A stretch of 62,463 nucleotides of DNA, the filler included, from Catajapyx aquilonaris (taxonomy: Eukaryota), in the NCBI GenBank assembly GCA_000934665.2. It is 4 parts of 4 records of this genome, joined end to end, with 100 filler letters (N's around TTAATTAATTAA, not from the genome) between each part and the next. Parts side by side here need not be neighbours in the genome. Positions count along the whole stretch, not along the records: positions 47,023 to 62,463 come from JYFJ02007496.1; 3 more parts are not named here. The stretch is one strand, 5' to 3'. The position numbers and the translations under genes are program-made. The notes beneath the pieces were generated by a model, which saw only the letters and a program-made list of their open reading frames with translations, searched no databases and had not been told where the DNA came from. Within the stretch, counting starts at the first letter, position 1, and the number at the start of each line of letters is the position of its first letter. Shown one piece after another: positions 62,335 to 62,463 of this stretch.

Positions 62335-62463
62335 TTAATGGGGAACTAGCCTTGGTCTGGGATTTAGGATTTTTGTTCATAACTAGCTAGCCCATGCCTG
62401 TAAACATACATTCCATCACTCTGTTGCATCAAAATGACATTACTGGATAAATTACGGCACATT

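Overview
Repeat-rich animal genomic scaffold, most likely arthropod (divergent ionotropic receptors, myosuppressin-receptor-like GPCRs, short introns, arthropod-type SINEs and MITEs). Three artificial 100-bp N44-TTAATTAATTAA-N44 spacers break it up. From left to right: (1) ~1-14 kb, a decayed, compact, minus-strand array of spliced ORF remnants that I cannot assign to a family, with a motif-dense promoter-like block near 11 kb; (2) a 3-exon orphan gene, a head-to-head pair of intronless divergent IRs (one intact, one frameshifted), a tail-to-tail pair of 5-exon SPEF1-like genes, and three tandem myosuppressin-receptor-like GPCRs (one intact); (3) a zone of pseudogenes (C2H2 zinc finger, SPATA5/AFG2, copine) and nested DNA transposons; (4) the 5' end of a secreted-protein gene; (5) a minus-strand CEP78-like gene. 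Its C-terminal region was expanded by a recent 535-bp exon-intron triplication that stays in frame only after splicing, and its 8.2-kb intron holds SINEs, MITEs and a piggyBac-ended ~2.5-kb palindrome. All gene models were read by eye from splice signals and reading-frame phase. No database searches were run.
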